IMG/VR virus record: IMGVR_UViG_3300048861_000178
Span: 64,001 to 128,000 of that record
Length of the DNA: 64,000 nucleotides
Strand: one strand, 5' to 3'
Source: a virus
Lineage: Duplodnaviria; Caudoviricetes
Shown here: piece by piece, positions 28,870 through 37,225 of the stretch
Position numbering within the stretch: position 1 is the stretch's first letter
How the letters are laid out: every line of letters starts with the position of its first letter
Program-made: the position numbers and the translations under genes
Notes under the pieces: generated by a model
The model's input: the letters and a program-made list of their open reading frames with translations, nothing else
Databases searched by the model: none
Told to the model about the DNA's origin: nothing

Positions 28870-28929
28870 CCCACTACTTCCGGCTTCGGCTGGGGTAGTG
28901 GGTTGAGGGATTTCGATCCCTCTTTTTTT
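28870..28929 (+). terminator. Tandem hairpins with T-tract
   Basis: CCCACTAC..GTAGTGGG followed by GAGGGAT-TTCG-ATCCCTC-TTTTTTT. Confidence 0.85.
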
Positions 28930-28963
28930 GGTTAGAACGAGACAATTAAGTTAGGAGACCGCT

Positions 28964-29305
28964 GTGAATTCATTGGTTCAATTTCTCACCACCGTGTTTA
29001 CGGAAGGCGTGTTTCACGAGGAGCACACGGCTGAGGAACTGTTGGAAAAGTTGAAAGCGCGACCGGACTGTTCGGAAGACACCATCACGTTTCTCAACCA
29101 TGCGGCCAAGACGGGCTTGCTGAATCTGAACGTCTGTGAGCTGCTCTCGGGCAAGCGCAGTGAAGTCAAACGCGCCGCGTTCGGGCTAGACTATCTGCAA
29201 GCGAAGTGCTTGGCGTGGCCGGTCGAAAACCGGGTGGCCCAAGTGATCAAAGAAGCCAAGTGGTGGGATCACCAGCGCACGCAAGCTGGGTACGCCGTCG
29301 CTTAA
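28964..29305 (+). CDS. Hypothetical protein
   Basis: AGGAG RBS, GTG start. Confidence 0.7.
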   Translation: MNSLVQFLTTVFTEGVFHEEHTAEELLEKLKARPDCSEDTITFLNHAAKTGLLNLNVCELLSGKRSEVKRAAFGLDYLQAKCLAWPVENRVAQVIKEAKWWDHQRTQAGYAVA

Positions 29306-29315
29306 AGGAATCCTG

Positions 29316-29435
29316 ATGTACAAGCGTTACTGTCATTACCTGCCGTGCATGTTTAAGGGTTGTATTAACCCGACCATGCTCAACAGCGACTATTGCTATC
29401 TACACTTCGATGTGCAAGGACGTGAAGCCAAGTGA
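29316..29435 (+). CDS. Small CCCH zinc-finger-like peptide (39 aa, not in ORF track)
   Basis: AAGGA RBS; C-x4-C-x10-C-x2-H. Confidence 0.55.
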   Translation: MYKRYCHYLPCMFKGCINPTMLNSDYCYLHFDVQGREAK

Positions 29436-29797
29436 AGAAGATCGTTAAACTCCCCGTGCATCGACCGATGGTGAAGGACTACGAAGTTGAATTTCCGATC
29501 TATCGCGAACACGACGTGTCGGGCGACCTGGACTCGACGATCATCTACTACCGTGTCGACTTCGTCGGCGGCAAGATGCGTGAGACGAGGGTCAAGGTGA
29601 GCAAGCAGCAATCGTTTCGTCGCGAACTCGTTTATGAGATTCATCTCGATCCGAACTATTACTTTGATCAACGTAGCGAGGCTGATTATACGTTGGGGCA
29701 CGGCGCTTATGCTTCCAGTGCGCAGGCGTTTAACAAAGCCATGGCCGAAGCAATTGCGTTCGCGCAAGGACTGCAAGCACCTTCACTTCAAGCGTAA
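29432..29797 (+). CDS. Hypothetical protein
   Basis: GTGA overlap. Confidence 0.7.
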   Translation: MKKIVKLPVHRPMVKDYEVEFPIYREHDVSGDLDSTIIYYRVDFVGGKMRETRVKVSKQQSFRRELVYEIHLDPNYYFDQRSEADYTLGHGAYASSAQAFNKAMAEAIAFAQGLQAPSLQA

Positions 29798-29806
29798 GGA
29801 GTCAAT

Positions 29807-30307
29807 ATGCGGCGATGGGGGAACGTAGTTGCGTTTTACACTCGTCGTGACTTCATGTCTAACCACTACCTCTGTCACTTTAAAGTGAAGGACGTTTCGT
29901 TCTCGTCGCTCGAGCAGTTCATGATGTACTGCAAGGCGATGCTCTTTAAGGATCGAGATGTAGCGGAGCTCATTCTAAAGACGGATAACCCGCAAGCGCA
30001 GAAAGTCTTAGGTCGCAAAGTGCGCGGTTACGTCGATGCAGAGTGGGTGGCCAAGCGAGAGCAGTTCATTCTCATTGGCATGATTGAGAAGTACAGTCAG
30101 AACCCGCAGGAGCGCCAATGGCTGCTGGATACGGGTGATGACATCCTGGTTGAAGCCAGCGAACGCGATACCCTCTACGGAGTGGGTCTGAATGAAGACG
30201 ACCCCCGGATCGGGAATCCCTATGAGTGGAAAGGTGCCAACTTGTGTGGTGTCCTAACCATGAAGGCTCGGGAGCATTTACGGACCCGAGCAGTTCGTGT
30301 GGGGTAA
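29807..30307 (+). CDS. NADAR (YbiA-like) family protein
   Basis: MSNHY, EQFMMYCKAMLF.D, KVLGRKV, LLDTGD.ILVEAS.RD..YGVG, W.G.NL.G. Confidence 0.92.
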   Translation: MRRWGNVVAFYTRRDFMSNHYLCHFKVKDVSFSSLEQFMMYCKAMLFKDRDVAELILKTDNPQAQKVLGRKVRGYVDAEWVAKREQFILIGMIEKYSQNPQERQWLLDTGDDILVEASERDTLYGVGLNEDDPRIGNPYEWKGANLCGVLTMKAREHLRTRAVRVG

Positions 30308-30323
30308 GGCCAGGAGGGAGGTG

Positions 30324-30731
30324 ATGGCAGAGAAGTGTAGTAACTGCAAGACGGCGCGGGCCTTTGACGCGTCGACTTGCGTAAAGTGCGGTCGTGCTTT
30401 TCCTGCGACTGCGGTATCAGCGGAAAACGCCTACTGGGCGCTCTTGCCTGTCATGCGTGACATGGCGCGACGACTGGGCTGGTGTTTGGCGCTCTATGGA
30501 CCACTGCGTCGGGATCTTGACATGGTGGCGGTACCGTGGAAGGAAGACGCTGTGCCTCACGAACAGCTTCTCGAAGAAATCATTAAGACTTTTGGCGATC
30601 GCTATTCCGACCCGCAACCCGATTCGATCATCGGCCGACAGGGCGTCACCGTGATCTGTCGCAAGCGCATTGTGCGCGAATGTGGCAGCTACATCGACGT
30701 CTCGGTAGTAGACCCTCGCATCCAAGAGTGA
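30324..30731 (+). CDS. Zinc ribbon plus minimal nucleotidyltransferase-like protein
   Basis: CxxC..CxxC; LYGPLRRDLDMVAVPW; YIDVSV. Confidence 0.6.
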   Translation: MAEKCSNCKTARAFDASTCVKCGRAFPATAVSAENAYWALLPVMRDMARRLGWCLALYGPLRRDLDMVAVPWKEDAVPHEQLLEEIIKTFGDRYSDPQPDSIIGRQGVTVICRKRIVRECGSYIDVSVVDPRIQE

Positions 30732-30741
30732 AAAGGAACCT

Positions 30742-31077
30742 ATGCGACTCGTTAATCGTCGTTTGATGTTGCAGATGCCGATCTCCACTGTGTATTCGAT
30801 GTGGATTCCGAATAGTTACGTCGAGCTGTTTGTGTTCACGGGCCTCCGTGGCACAGAAGACTGGGAAGCCATTAAGTTGGTCGACGGTGTGAAAACCGCG
30901 TTCTTCCTCGATCCCGTCTTTGTCAAGTCCGTGCCGCGCTTCACACCCGCACCGGGTGATACGCGCAGCCAACTGTATCTGATCTGGGACGAGGCAGACA
31001 TTCAACGCATGTTGGGCCGCATGCAAGCGGCGCTGGCATCCGTGCCGAATCAGGCACACGTATTCTTAGGGGACTAA
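30742..31077 (+). CDS. Hypothetical protein
   Basis: AAGGA RBS. Confidence 0.65.
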   Translation: MRLVNRRLMLQMPISTVYSMWIPNSYVELFVFTGLRGTEDWEAIKLVDGVKTAFFLDPVFVKSVPRFTPAPGDTRSQLYLIWDEADIQRMLGRMQAALASVPNQAHVFLGD

Positions 31078-31078
31078 A

Positions 31079-31318
31079 ATGAGCTGGTGGGTGAAGATCA
31101 CAGCGAGTGCCTTTGGCTGCTACGCGCTGGGCAGTTGTTTGCTGGCCATGATGATGGTGTTGCACTACGTGGGACATCGTCGCAAACTCGGGCGAGCAGA
31201 ATGGCTGACCGTATTCACGTGTTTGCCAGTGGTCAATGCCGTGCTCATCGCCTACCTGGTCCTCGAAGGTGTCACCAAGATTACGGGCAAGCCGATTAAT
31301 ATCGGCGCCAAGAGGTAG
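31079..31318 (+). CDS. Small membrane protein
   Basis: Two TM segments. Confidence 0.65.
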   Translation: MSWWVKITASAFGCYALGSCLLAMMMVLHYVGHRRKLGRAEWLTVFTCLPVVNAVLIAYLVLEGVTKITGKPINIGAKR

Positions 31319-31320
31319 CG

Positions 31321-31680
31321 ATGAGAATCGTAGGCTTGGAAGAATTCCTCGCTCTGCCGAACGAGACCCTCTTCTGTAAGTATTACAACGAGGCGAGCTG
31401 GGGCGATCTACGCATCAAGACGGGACTGGCTGCTCAAGGCGACTACATGTTCCAGAACGTGTTGGAGGTGAAAGCCGATGACGCCGACCATCGCAGGATG
31501 CTGCAGCGTACCGCGGTAGCCAGTTGCAGTCGCTTCAGTCTGGACTTACGCTGCCCAGCCCGCGATACCTTGGGCCACGCCAATGCGAAGTTCGTGGTAT
31601 TTGAGAAAAGTGATGTTAAAGCCATCATGGAGCGGCTTAGGCCCGTGATGAAAGCATTCGAGGAAAAGAATGGCAGTTGA
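31321..31680 (+). CDS. Hypothetical phage protein
   Basis: MRIVGLEEFLALP.ETLFCKY..FVVFEK.DV. Confidence 0.7.
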   Translation: MRIVGLEEFLALPNETLFCKYYNEASWGDLRIKTGLAAQGDYMFQNVLEVKADDADHRRMLQRTAVASCSRFSLDLRCPARDTLGHANAKFVVFEKSDVKAIMERLRPVMKAFEEKNGS

Positions 31681-31846
31681 TTCGGGTTGCATCGGCGTGT
31701 GTTCCACGCTTTTCGATGCAGTGTGTAAGGGCTGTGGTCGCACTCAAGCAGATGTTGATGGCTGGGTGTTTCTCACGGAAGATGAACAACGTGAAGCAGT
31801 CCGAAACGCAAAGGAACGACTGCAGCAGGCGGAGGCGGAGAAATGA
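31670..31846 (+). CDS. DUF1289-like small Cys protein (58 aa, not in ORF track)
   Basis: SGCIGVCS..VCKGCGRT..V.GW; GAGGA RBS; overlaps both neighbours. Confidence 0.75.
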   Translation: MAVDSGCIGVCSTLFDAVCKGCGRTQADVDGWVFLTEDEQREAVRNAKERLQQAEAEK

Positions 31847-32328
31847 AGCAGTTGGCTCAAGGGCTGGATAAGGGGTACACGAACTCGTTCCGCGAGTATT
31901 TCGAGAACTTCCTCTGGGCACGGGAAACCACCCCGGAAGTGAACCTGACGGACATCGGCTTTACGCTGACGCCGAAGGGGGCGATCGACATGCGTCACGG
32001 CGTGGACAAGGTGCGCTTTGCTTACGGCACGTTTGCCAAGTTCAAGACCACGACTGGCATGCGAGTGGTGCTGCTCATGACGCGTCTGGGAGCGATCGGG
32101 TTGTACGAGTACATCGAAGACCCGAGCAAACCCAATCAGCTCAAGCTCGGTCTGTTGCAGTCCACCGCCATCGCCACGCACTGGTTTATCCGCAAGGTCG
32201 ATGGCAACGACGCCCAACTCGAACAACTGCTGTGGCTCTTTGGTGTTCCTGAGAAGGGCATCATGAATCTGGCTGAGCGACTGGACGCACTTGCCGAGCA
32301 ACTCGTCGTGACGCCTCAGCCTCAGTAA
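31843..32328 (+). CDS. Hypothetical protein
   Basis: GGAG RBS. Confidence 0.75.
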   Translation: MKQLAQGLDKGYTNSFREYFENFLWARETTPEVNLTDIGFTLTPKGAIDMRHGVDKVRFAYGTFAKFKTTTGMRVVLLMTRLGAIGLYEYIEDPSKPNQLKLGLLQSTAIATHWFIRKVDGNDAQLEQLLWLFGVPEKGIMNLAERLDALAEQLVVTPQPQ

Positions 32329-32341
32329 CGGGGGTAAGACC

Positions 32342-32626
32342 ATGCCGTACCAGTTTGTTTTGGGTTCACCGACGCGCGCGGGTACTCACAGCAACATCGA
32401 GTACTTCAGCGAACACGCCGACCGGGGGGATGTACCCAATATCGTGACGCTGGAGGCTCGGGCGATGCGTTTCGATACGCAGGCCGAAGCCGGTGCTCGC
32501 ATTGCAGATTTCATGCAAGCGAAGCAGGGCCAGAAGCAAGCGATTCGTCGTTCGTTGGGTCGGGAAGAGAAGCCGCTTTACGAACCGCAGGATAGTTCAC
32601 CGATCTACATCTTGCCAGTTGAGTGA
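32342..32626 (+). CDS. Hypothetical protein
   Basis: 94 aa, ends before a terminator. Confidence 0.65.
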   Translation: MPYQFVLGSPTRAGTHSNIEYFSEHADRGDVPNIVTLEARAMRFDTQAEAGARIADFMQAKQGQKQAIRRSLGREEKPLYEPQDSSPIYILPVE

Positions 32627-32634
32627 CTGGACTT

Positions 32635-32664
32635 GGGGCGAGCTTCGGCTCGCCTCCTATGCCG
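32635..32664 (+). terminator. Hairpin with TATGCCG tail and no U-tract
   Basis: GGGGCGAGC-TTCG-GCTCGCCTC-CTATGCCG. Confidence 0.75.
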
Positions 32665-32714
32665 TTAAATCGCAAGCCATCGTATGAATCTATTCTTTCT
32701 CACTGGAGCAGTAC

Positions 32715-33260
32715 ATGTCCCTCTCTACCGAACTCGCTCAGCTTCAAACTGCAGTTACCAGTACCGGTACCGCGATCCACGCTAAGGATTCGGCCAATAG
32801 CGGTGCAATCAGCGCCGAAGCGACGACACGCCAGAATGCAGATACTGCGCTTGGCGCGCAAGTCGGCAGTCAACGGGGTGTGGTGTCGATCAAAACGGGC
32901 GCCAGCGCCTTGCCAGCCGATCCCTGGGGGTATGTGTACCAGACCGATGCGGCGAACACCACGGGCGCGCTGAGCACTGCCCTGCCTGCTGCCTTGCCCG
33001 CTAATGCCGGTAAGCGCATGGTCTTTGAAAATACCTCGGCGTTTAACTGGACGCTCACGGCCTCTAACATCCTGTCCTCGCAAAGCAACGGCGCAGCGTC
33101 GCTGGTGCTGGCCCCTGGCACTACAGCTGAAATCTATCACGATGGCGCCAGCTATCTGGTGGAAGGTGGCACGTATGTAAGCGGTGGCAACGGTAAGACG
33201 ACGGTGTCTGCTGCGGCTCCCTCGGGCGGTGCGAATGGCGATACTTGGTATCAGGTGTAA
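32715..33260 (+). CDS. Putative tail-fibre-associated virion protein
   Basis: A/S/T/G-rich, EATTRQNAD repeat-like segment, C-terminal SAAAPSGGANGDTWYQV. Confidence 0.7.
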   Translation: MSLSTELAQLQTAVTSTGTAIHAKDSANSGAISAEATTRQNADTALGAQVGSQRGVVSIKTGASALPADPWGYVYQTDAANTTGALSTALPAALPANAGKRMVFENTSAFNWTLTASNILSSQSNGAASLVLAPGTTAEIYHDGASYLVEGGTYVSGGNGKTTVSAAAPSGGANGDTWYQV

Positions 33261-33262
33261 GC

Positions 33263-33976
33263 ATGCCGATCTACAAGAACATCAGTGGAACGTGGACCGT
33301 CACCAAACATTTGTGGCGCAACATCAATGGCACCTGGACCAAGGTCCGTCGAGCCTTTCGCAATGTGAACGGAACCTGGACGCAGTACCACGGCGATAAC
33401 GACTTTACGGCGTATTCGTTGGGACTGCTTCAGAACCGGACCGCGGCAGCCAACGGTGGACTGTGGATGAATGGCGCTCAGAAGTTGGGTCCGATTCGCT
33501 CCTACAGTCTCGTTACCTTTGACAAGTACGGCAACATCGCTTTTAGTCGCTCGTACGATATTTTCGGTGAAGCCTCGGATGGCGCACCGAGCTCGACACC
33601 TTATGGTTCCGCGCAGTTTTCAGCGGACGTAAGTGCACTCGCCGCAGGCACGAACTTCGTGCTGGTCACCTATGACGAACCGGCCAGTGGTGTCGCACCC
33701 GTTGAGCCAGGGGTAACGAATCCCCCGATTGCGGCAGTCGACAATGCATTGGTGGCGCTCGGTGCGTCAAGCTCGGTATTGAACGGTATTCAGTATCGCG
33801 GTGCTTATCTGCTGCTTGGTAGTAAGGGTGGCGCGAAGGCAGCGGAGCTCTACGCAGGCACGTATCAAACTGGCATTGGTAGTGGTGGCACGGACGCGGG
33901 GTGTTTGGATGGCGCCGTGGGCATCACGTTCAATGTGGTCAATGGCGTCATCAGTAACGTCGTAAGGACGATTTAA
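33263..33976 (+). CDS. Virion protein with ILEI/GG-type lectin-like domain
   Basis: Three N(I/V)xGTWT repeats; RSYSLVTFD..SYDIF..VLVTYDEP..ALVALGA..YRGAYLLLGSKG. Confidence 0.7.
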   Translation: MPIYKNISGTWTVTKHLWRNINGTWTKVRRAFRNVNGTWTQYHGDNDFTAYSLGLLQNRTAAANGGLWMNGAQKLGPIRSYSLVTFDKYGNIAFSRSYDIFGEASDGAPSSTPYGSAQFSADVSALAAGTNFVLVTYDEPASGVAPVEPGVTNPPIAAVDNALVALGASSSVLNGIQYRGAYLLLGSKGGAKAAELYAGTYQTGIGSGGTDAGCLDGAVGITFNVVNGVISNVVRTI

Positions 33977-33979
33977 GCA

Positions 33980-34699
33980 ATGAACCCACTCGCACTTCTG
34001 GCAGCCGCGCAGCGCGCACAAGCTGTTTACATTGCGGACGCTCTGGCTGCTCAGAAGGCGTTCGAGGAGCTCGGCTACACCTTTCTCGGCCAATACCAAG
34101 ACGCTACGCACCAAGGGGTCGTCTCGCAGGATGCCAAGGGTCGTTACTATGTGACAATTGCAGGCACGCGTTACAACCAAGGCTACGGGGCTGACCTCGT
34201 CATGGATGTCTGGTTAGCCCCGCACGACTGTCTGAAAGGCGGTCAGGTGGCAGCGGGTGTCATCGAGGGCATGGATAAGTTCTGGGCCTGGGCGCTCTCA
34301 AAGATTCCGGCGACCGCCGCCATTAACATTGAAGGGCATTCGTTGGGTGCGGAGCGTACCTTGCTTGCACCGATGTTTATCCCGAAGGAACGGCTCGGCG
34401 ATCTCTATGCGTTTGAGCCACCGATGTTCGCTACGCCTGAATGGTGGAGCGCCTATGGGAGCGATCTCGAAGGTGCAGTCTGTACCGTGCAAGGGGCCGA
34501 TCGCTGGTTTGCCTGGCCGCCACGTCAGGGGTACATCCACAACCCCAACGGCAAGTACCTGTGGTTGCTCTCCACCAGCGTGCAAGCAATTAATGTCGCT
34601 GACTGGAAACCCACGGCCCTCTCGGAAGGTGACCACTCGATCGAACTCCTCGTCAGTCGGGTACAAGACGCGCTGACCAAGAATCTCTTTCCGCATTAA
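33980..34699 (+). CDS. Class 3 lipase-like alpha/beta hydrolase
   Basis: IAGT, GHSLG nucleophile elbow, YAFEPP, D and DHS triad positions. Confidence 0.85.
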   Translation: MNPLALLAAAQRAQAVYIADALAAQKAFEELGYTFLGQYQDATHQGVVSQDAKGRYYVTIAGTRYNQGYGADLVMDVWLAPHDCLKGGQVAAGVIEGMDKFWAWALSKIPATAAINIEGHSLGAERTLLAPMFIPKERLGDLYAFEPPMFATPEWWSAYGSDLEGAVCTVQGADRWFAWPPRQGYIHNPNGKYLWLLSTSVQAINVADWKPTALSEGDHSIELLVSRVQDALTKNLFPH

Positions 34700-34708
34700 G
34701 TATTGTAT

Positions 34709-34810
34709 GGAACTGTTCGTGATGGGGCATCGTTCCTTCTCCTGAGAGGTGGTTGTCGTTCGGCGCGAGCCGGTCATAGGGGCGGCCTCTCCGGGCCCGC
34801 CTTTATGACG
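34709..34810 (+). ncRNA. Candidate small RNA antisense to an RBS and start codon
   Basis: Begins at a TATG; contains GGGCATCGTTCCTTCTCCTGAG (reverse complement CTCAGGAGAAGGAACGATGCCC); ends in a GTCATAGGG..CTTTATGAC hairpin. Confidence 0.45.
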
Positions 34811-34824
34811 CTATGTTATGCAGT

Positions 34825-34950
34825 GCCTGTGTGGCCTGTTAAGTCTACGCGATGAGAGCGCTTCATTGAAAGCGCATACGCTCGATGAGACCGTGAGACC
34901 TCCTCCGGAAAGGGGACATGGATGCCGGGACTTCGGTCCCGGCTCTATGC
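34825..34950 (+). ncRNA. Candidate small RNA
   Basis: Own promoter motif (34802-34825), internal hairpins, terminator CATGGA-T-GCCGGGAC-TTCG-GTCCCGGC-TCTATG. Confidence 0.4.
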
Positions 34951-35000
34951 TGCAAATTTTACGTACACGGCTTACGGTATGCGGAAATGAGGAGCTCATC

Positions 35001-35411
35001 ATGGCAAACATGGGAACAGAATACATCATCATTGACACGATGGAACCGATGCGGCGGTTCTTGCATGACACAGCTTTCTTTAAGCACAATACGACGTGCG
35101 AGGGCGAGCAGATTGCCCAGGAATACCTGGAAGAGTATCTCGACATGGTGCTCGATCGCGTGGTCGACTGTGTGTCGCACGAACAAATGGCGTACTCGCG
35201 CCTGTGGGATTACGCTAATCAAATTCGCGACGAGGGCTTTCTGACCGATGAAGGTCAGTCCTCGATTGCGCTCGCTCAAGGCGTGGTGGAACTGGGTGAA
35301 CAGTTAGCCCAGCAGTTCAAAGAGCTGCGCGCCTATGACCACAACAAACAACTGAACTATTATCTCTCAGGTCGCATTGCGCATGCTGATCTGATTCTCG
35401 CAAGGATCTAG
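35001..35411 (+). CDS. Hypothetical protein (paralogue of the next gene)
   Basis: GAGGAG RBS; IIID..LG..L..QF..L..Y pattern. Confidence 0.75.
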   Translation: MANMGTEYIIIDTMEPMRRFLHDTAFFKHNTTCEGEQIAQEYLEEYLDMVLDRVVDCVSHEQMAYSRLWDYANQIRDEGFLTDEGQSSIALAQGVVELGEQLAQQFKELRAYDHNKQLNYYLSGRIAHADLILARI

Positions 35412-35413
35412 TT

Positions 35414-35827
35414 ATGCTCTATCCTAAAACAGTGGAAACCCCACCGGGGCCAGAGCGCATCGTGTTCGATCTGTGGGACATCGAACCGGTGTTTCGCAAG
35501 AAGGTCAACTGGATGAAAGACTTCGAGGGTTCACTGCCCGAAGTGCTGGAACTCTTGCCACCCTACATCAACAATCCGATTGATGCAGAAGCGGGCCTAA
35601 AGTCCTACATGGAGTGGACCGTGAAGGAACACGCAATGCAAGGCTCAGAGAACGACGGTAAGATCTATGCGGGGGCGATCCAGTTAGTCGGCCAGTACAT
35701 GATCGACCAGTTCATCAAGCTCGGGCTTTATCGGGACGGCATGTGTCACTACGTACCCGATGGCTGGTTGGATAACTACTCACCGGTCTACAAGAAGGTG
35801 AGCATCGAAGAACTCTTTAACGTCTAA
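35414..35827 (+). CDS. Hypothetical protein (paralogue of the previous gene)
   Basis: IVFD..VG..M..QF..LGLY. Confidence 0.75.
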   Translation: MLYPKTVETPPGPERIVFDLWDIEPVFRKKVNWMKDFEGSLPEVLELLPPYINNPIDAEAGLKSYMEWTVKEHAMQGSENDGKIYAGAIQLVGQYMIDQFIKLGLYRDGMCHYVPDGWLDNYSPVYKKVSIEELFNV

Positions 35828-35831
35828 CACC

Positions 35832-36578
35832 ATGGAAGAAGAAGAGAACAAGAAAGTCCCCCTCCTGCTTTTTTCAGGCGGCATGGACTCGACCTACCTG
35901 CTTCAATGGTTCCTGCAGTATGGCGATGTGGATACGCTCTTTGTTCAGGCTAATCCGCATCCGCTGAAACTGGTCAAGGAGAAAGAAGCGCGCAAGAAGC
36001 TCTTCGCGCTCTTTGAAAAGCACTATAAGCACCGGGTGCTCAAGGATCACGAGATTGAGCTGAATCGGCTCTTTGGCGAGAATAGCGACATCAAGGCAGT
36101 GCAGCCCATCAGTTGGCTCACGGCGGCGCTAATCGCCTTTGATTCGGAGCGCCATCATTCGGTGAGTGTCGGCTACGTGCTCGGGGATCAAGCACCGGTT
36201 TATCAGCCCCAGTTTAAAGCCTACTGGGAAGCAGGTTGGGTGATGACGCGTGGCCCCCGTGAAGCGGTACCGCAGTTAGTCTTCCCCCTGGTGGAAACGC
36301 ACCACACCAAGTACGACACCGTTGATCGGATCGATAAGCGGCTCGTGATGGCCACCTGGGTGTGTGAGACGCCCTACGAGGTTGGCGAGGGAGCGCACAA
36401 GACTATCAAAGCGTGTACGCGCTGTAACCCGTGTCGACTCCTGCATCACACGGTCAAGGACTGGGAAGACAATCACCACCAGAACTACATGGGTGAAGTG
36501 ATCAAAGCCATGAACCCGGATAAGTACCCGAGTTCCTTGTTGCACGAGCTGGCTGCCCAACCGAAGGACTTCGTGTAA
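35832..36578 (+). CDS. QueC-family PP-loop ATPase
   Basis: LLFSGGMDST, FPL, TWVC..CTRCNPC zinc site. Confidence 0.78.
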   Translation: MEEEENKKVPLLLFSGGMDSTYLLQWFLQYGDVDTLFVQANPHPLKLVKEKEARKKLFALFEKHYKHRVLKDHEIELNRLFGENSDIKAVQPISWLTAALIAFDSERHHSVSVGYVLGDQAPVYQPQFKAYWEAGWVMTRGPREAVPQLVFPLVETHHTKYDTVDRIDKRLVMATWVCETPYEVGEGAHKTIKACTRCNPCRLLHHTVKDWEDNHHQNYMGEVIKAMNPDKYPSSLLHELAAQPKDFV

Positions 36579-36766
36579 AAGTAATTTTTGTCTTGCATTC
36601 ACCATGTTGTGCACACAAGACCACTTGACCGATCTGACCGTATTCTCCACTCGATTGCGAGGCTAACAGGAGAGCACAACCTGATCGTCCTGCTCGAGGA
36701 GCCAACATGAAAAAGGAAGCGTGATGAAGAAGACCTAATTCATTTCAGTTTCTGTTTGAGTGTAAG

Positions 36767-37153
36767 ATGAGCAATTACGACGAAGTTAAGATTGACCTGG
36801 GGATGCCCGCCTCGCACAACTTGTTGTCTGAGACGGATCGCATGGAGTACGCCGATGACACCGATTGCGTGGAGTCGGTCGAAGTACTAAGTGTTGAGGG
36901 ACAAGGTTTTGAGTGGCGCGCGATCAGGCGCATGCCCATGGCTGCGTGGCAGATCGGTTTCGAGCTGAAACGCAACGGCAAGCATGAAGGCTTGGTGGTG
37001 TTTAACACAGAGCTCGGGGATGTCACCTTGGCACCAACGACCAATCGGGAAGCATTGGAAGGCGTGACGATGACGGTGCGCGTAACCCGCGTGAACTACA
37101 ATCGTCGCCTGCGGTCAACCGGTGAAGTGCGGGAACGGCCGCACGATCGATAA
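36767..37153 (+). CDS. Hypothetical protein
   Basis: 128 aa ORF. Confidence 0.65.
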   Translation: MSNYDEVKIDLGMPASHNLLSETDRMEYADDTDCVESVEVLSVEGQGFEWRAIRRMPMAAWQIGFELKRNGKHEGLVVFNTELGDVTLAPTTNREALEGVTMTVRVTRVNYNRRLRSTGEVRERPHDR

Positions 37154-37166
37154 GCAGTAGATGTAA

Positions 37167-37219
37167 ACCTTAATGGTGAGGGGTGATGGGATCGAAAACT
37201 TCGAACTCAACATTAAGGT
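37167..37219 (+). promoter_or_regulatory. RBS-sequestering leader containing a segment complementary to a tRNA 3' end
   Basis: ACCTTAATG/CATTAAGGT stem covers the TAAGGT RBS; 37174-37196 is the reverse complement of TTCGATC-CCATC-ACCCCTC-A-CCA. Confidence 0.6.
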
Positions 37220-37225
37220 GTAGTT

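Noticed and set aside
34845-34915. Hammerhead ribozyme
   Set aside because: GATGAG and GAAA occur, but the CUGANGA core and the three-stem arrangement are missing
34900-34930. CsrA/RsmA sponge RNA
   Set aside because: Only one or two GGA motifs, and one lies inside the terminator stem
37167-37219. T-box riboswitch
   Set aside because: UGGN is present, but there is no T-box consensus, Stem I or specifier loop, and the region is too short
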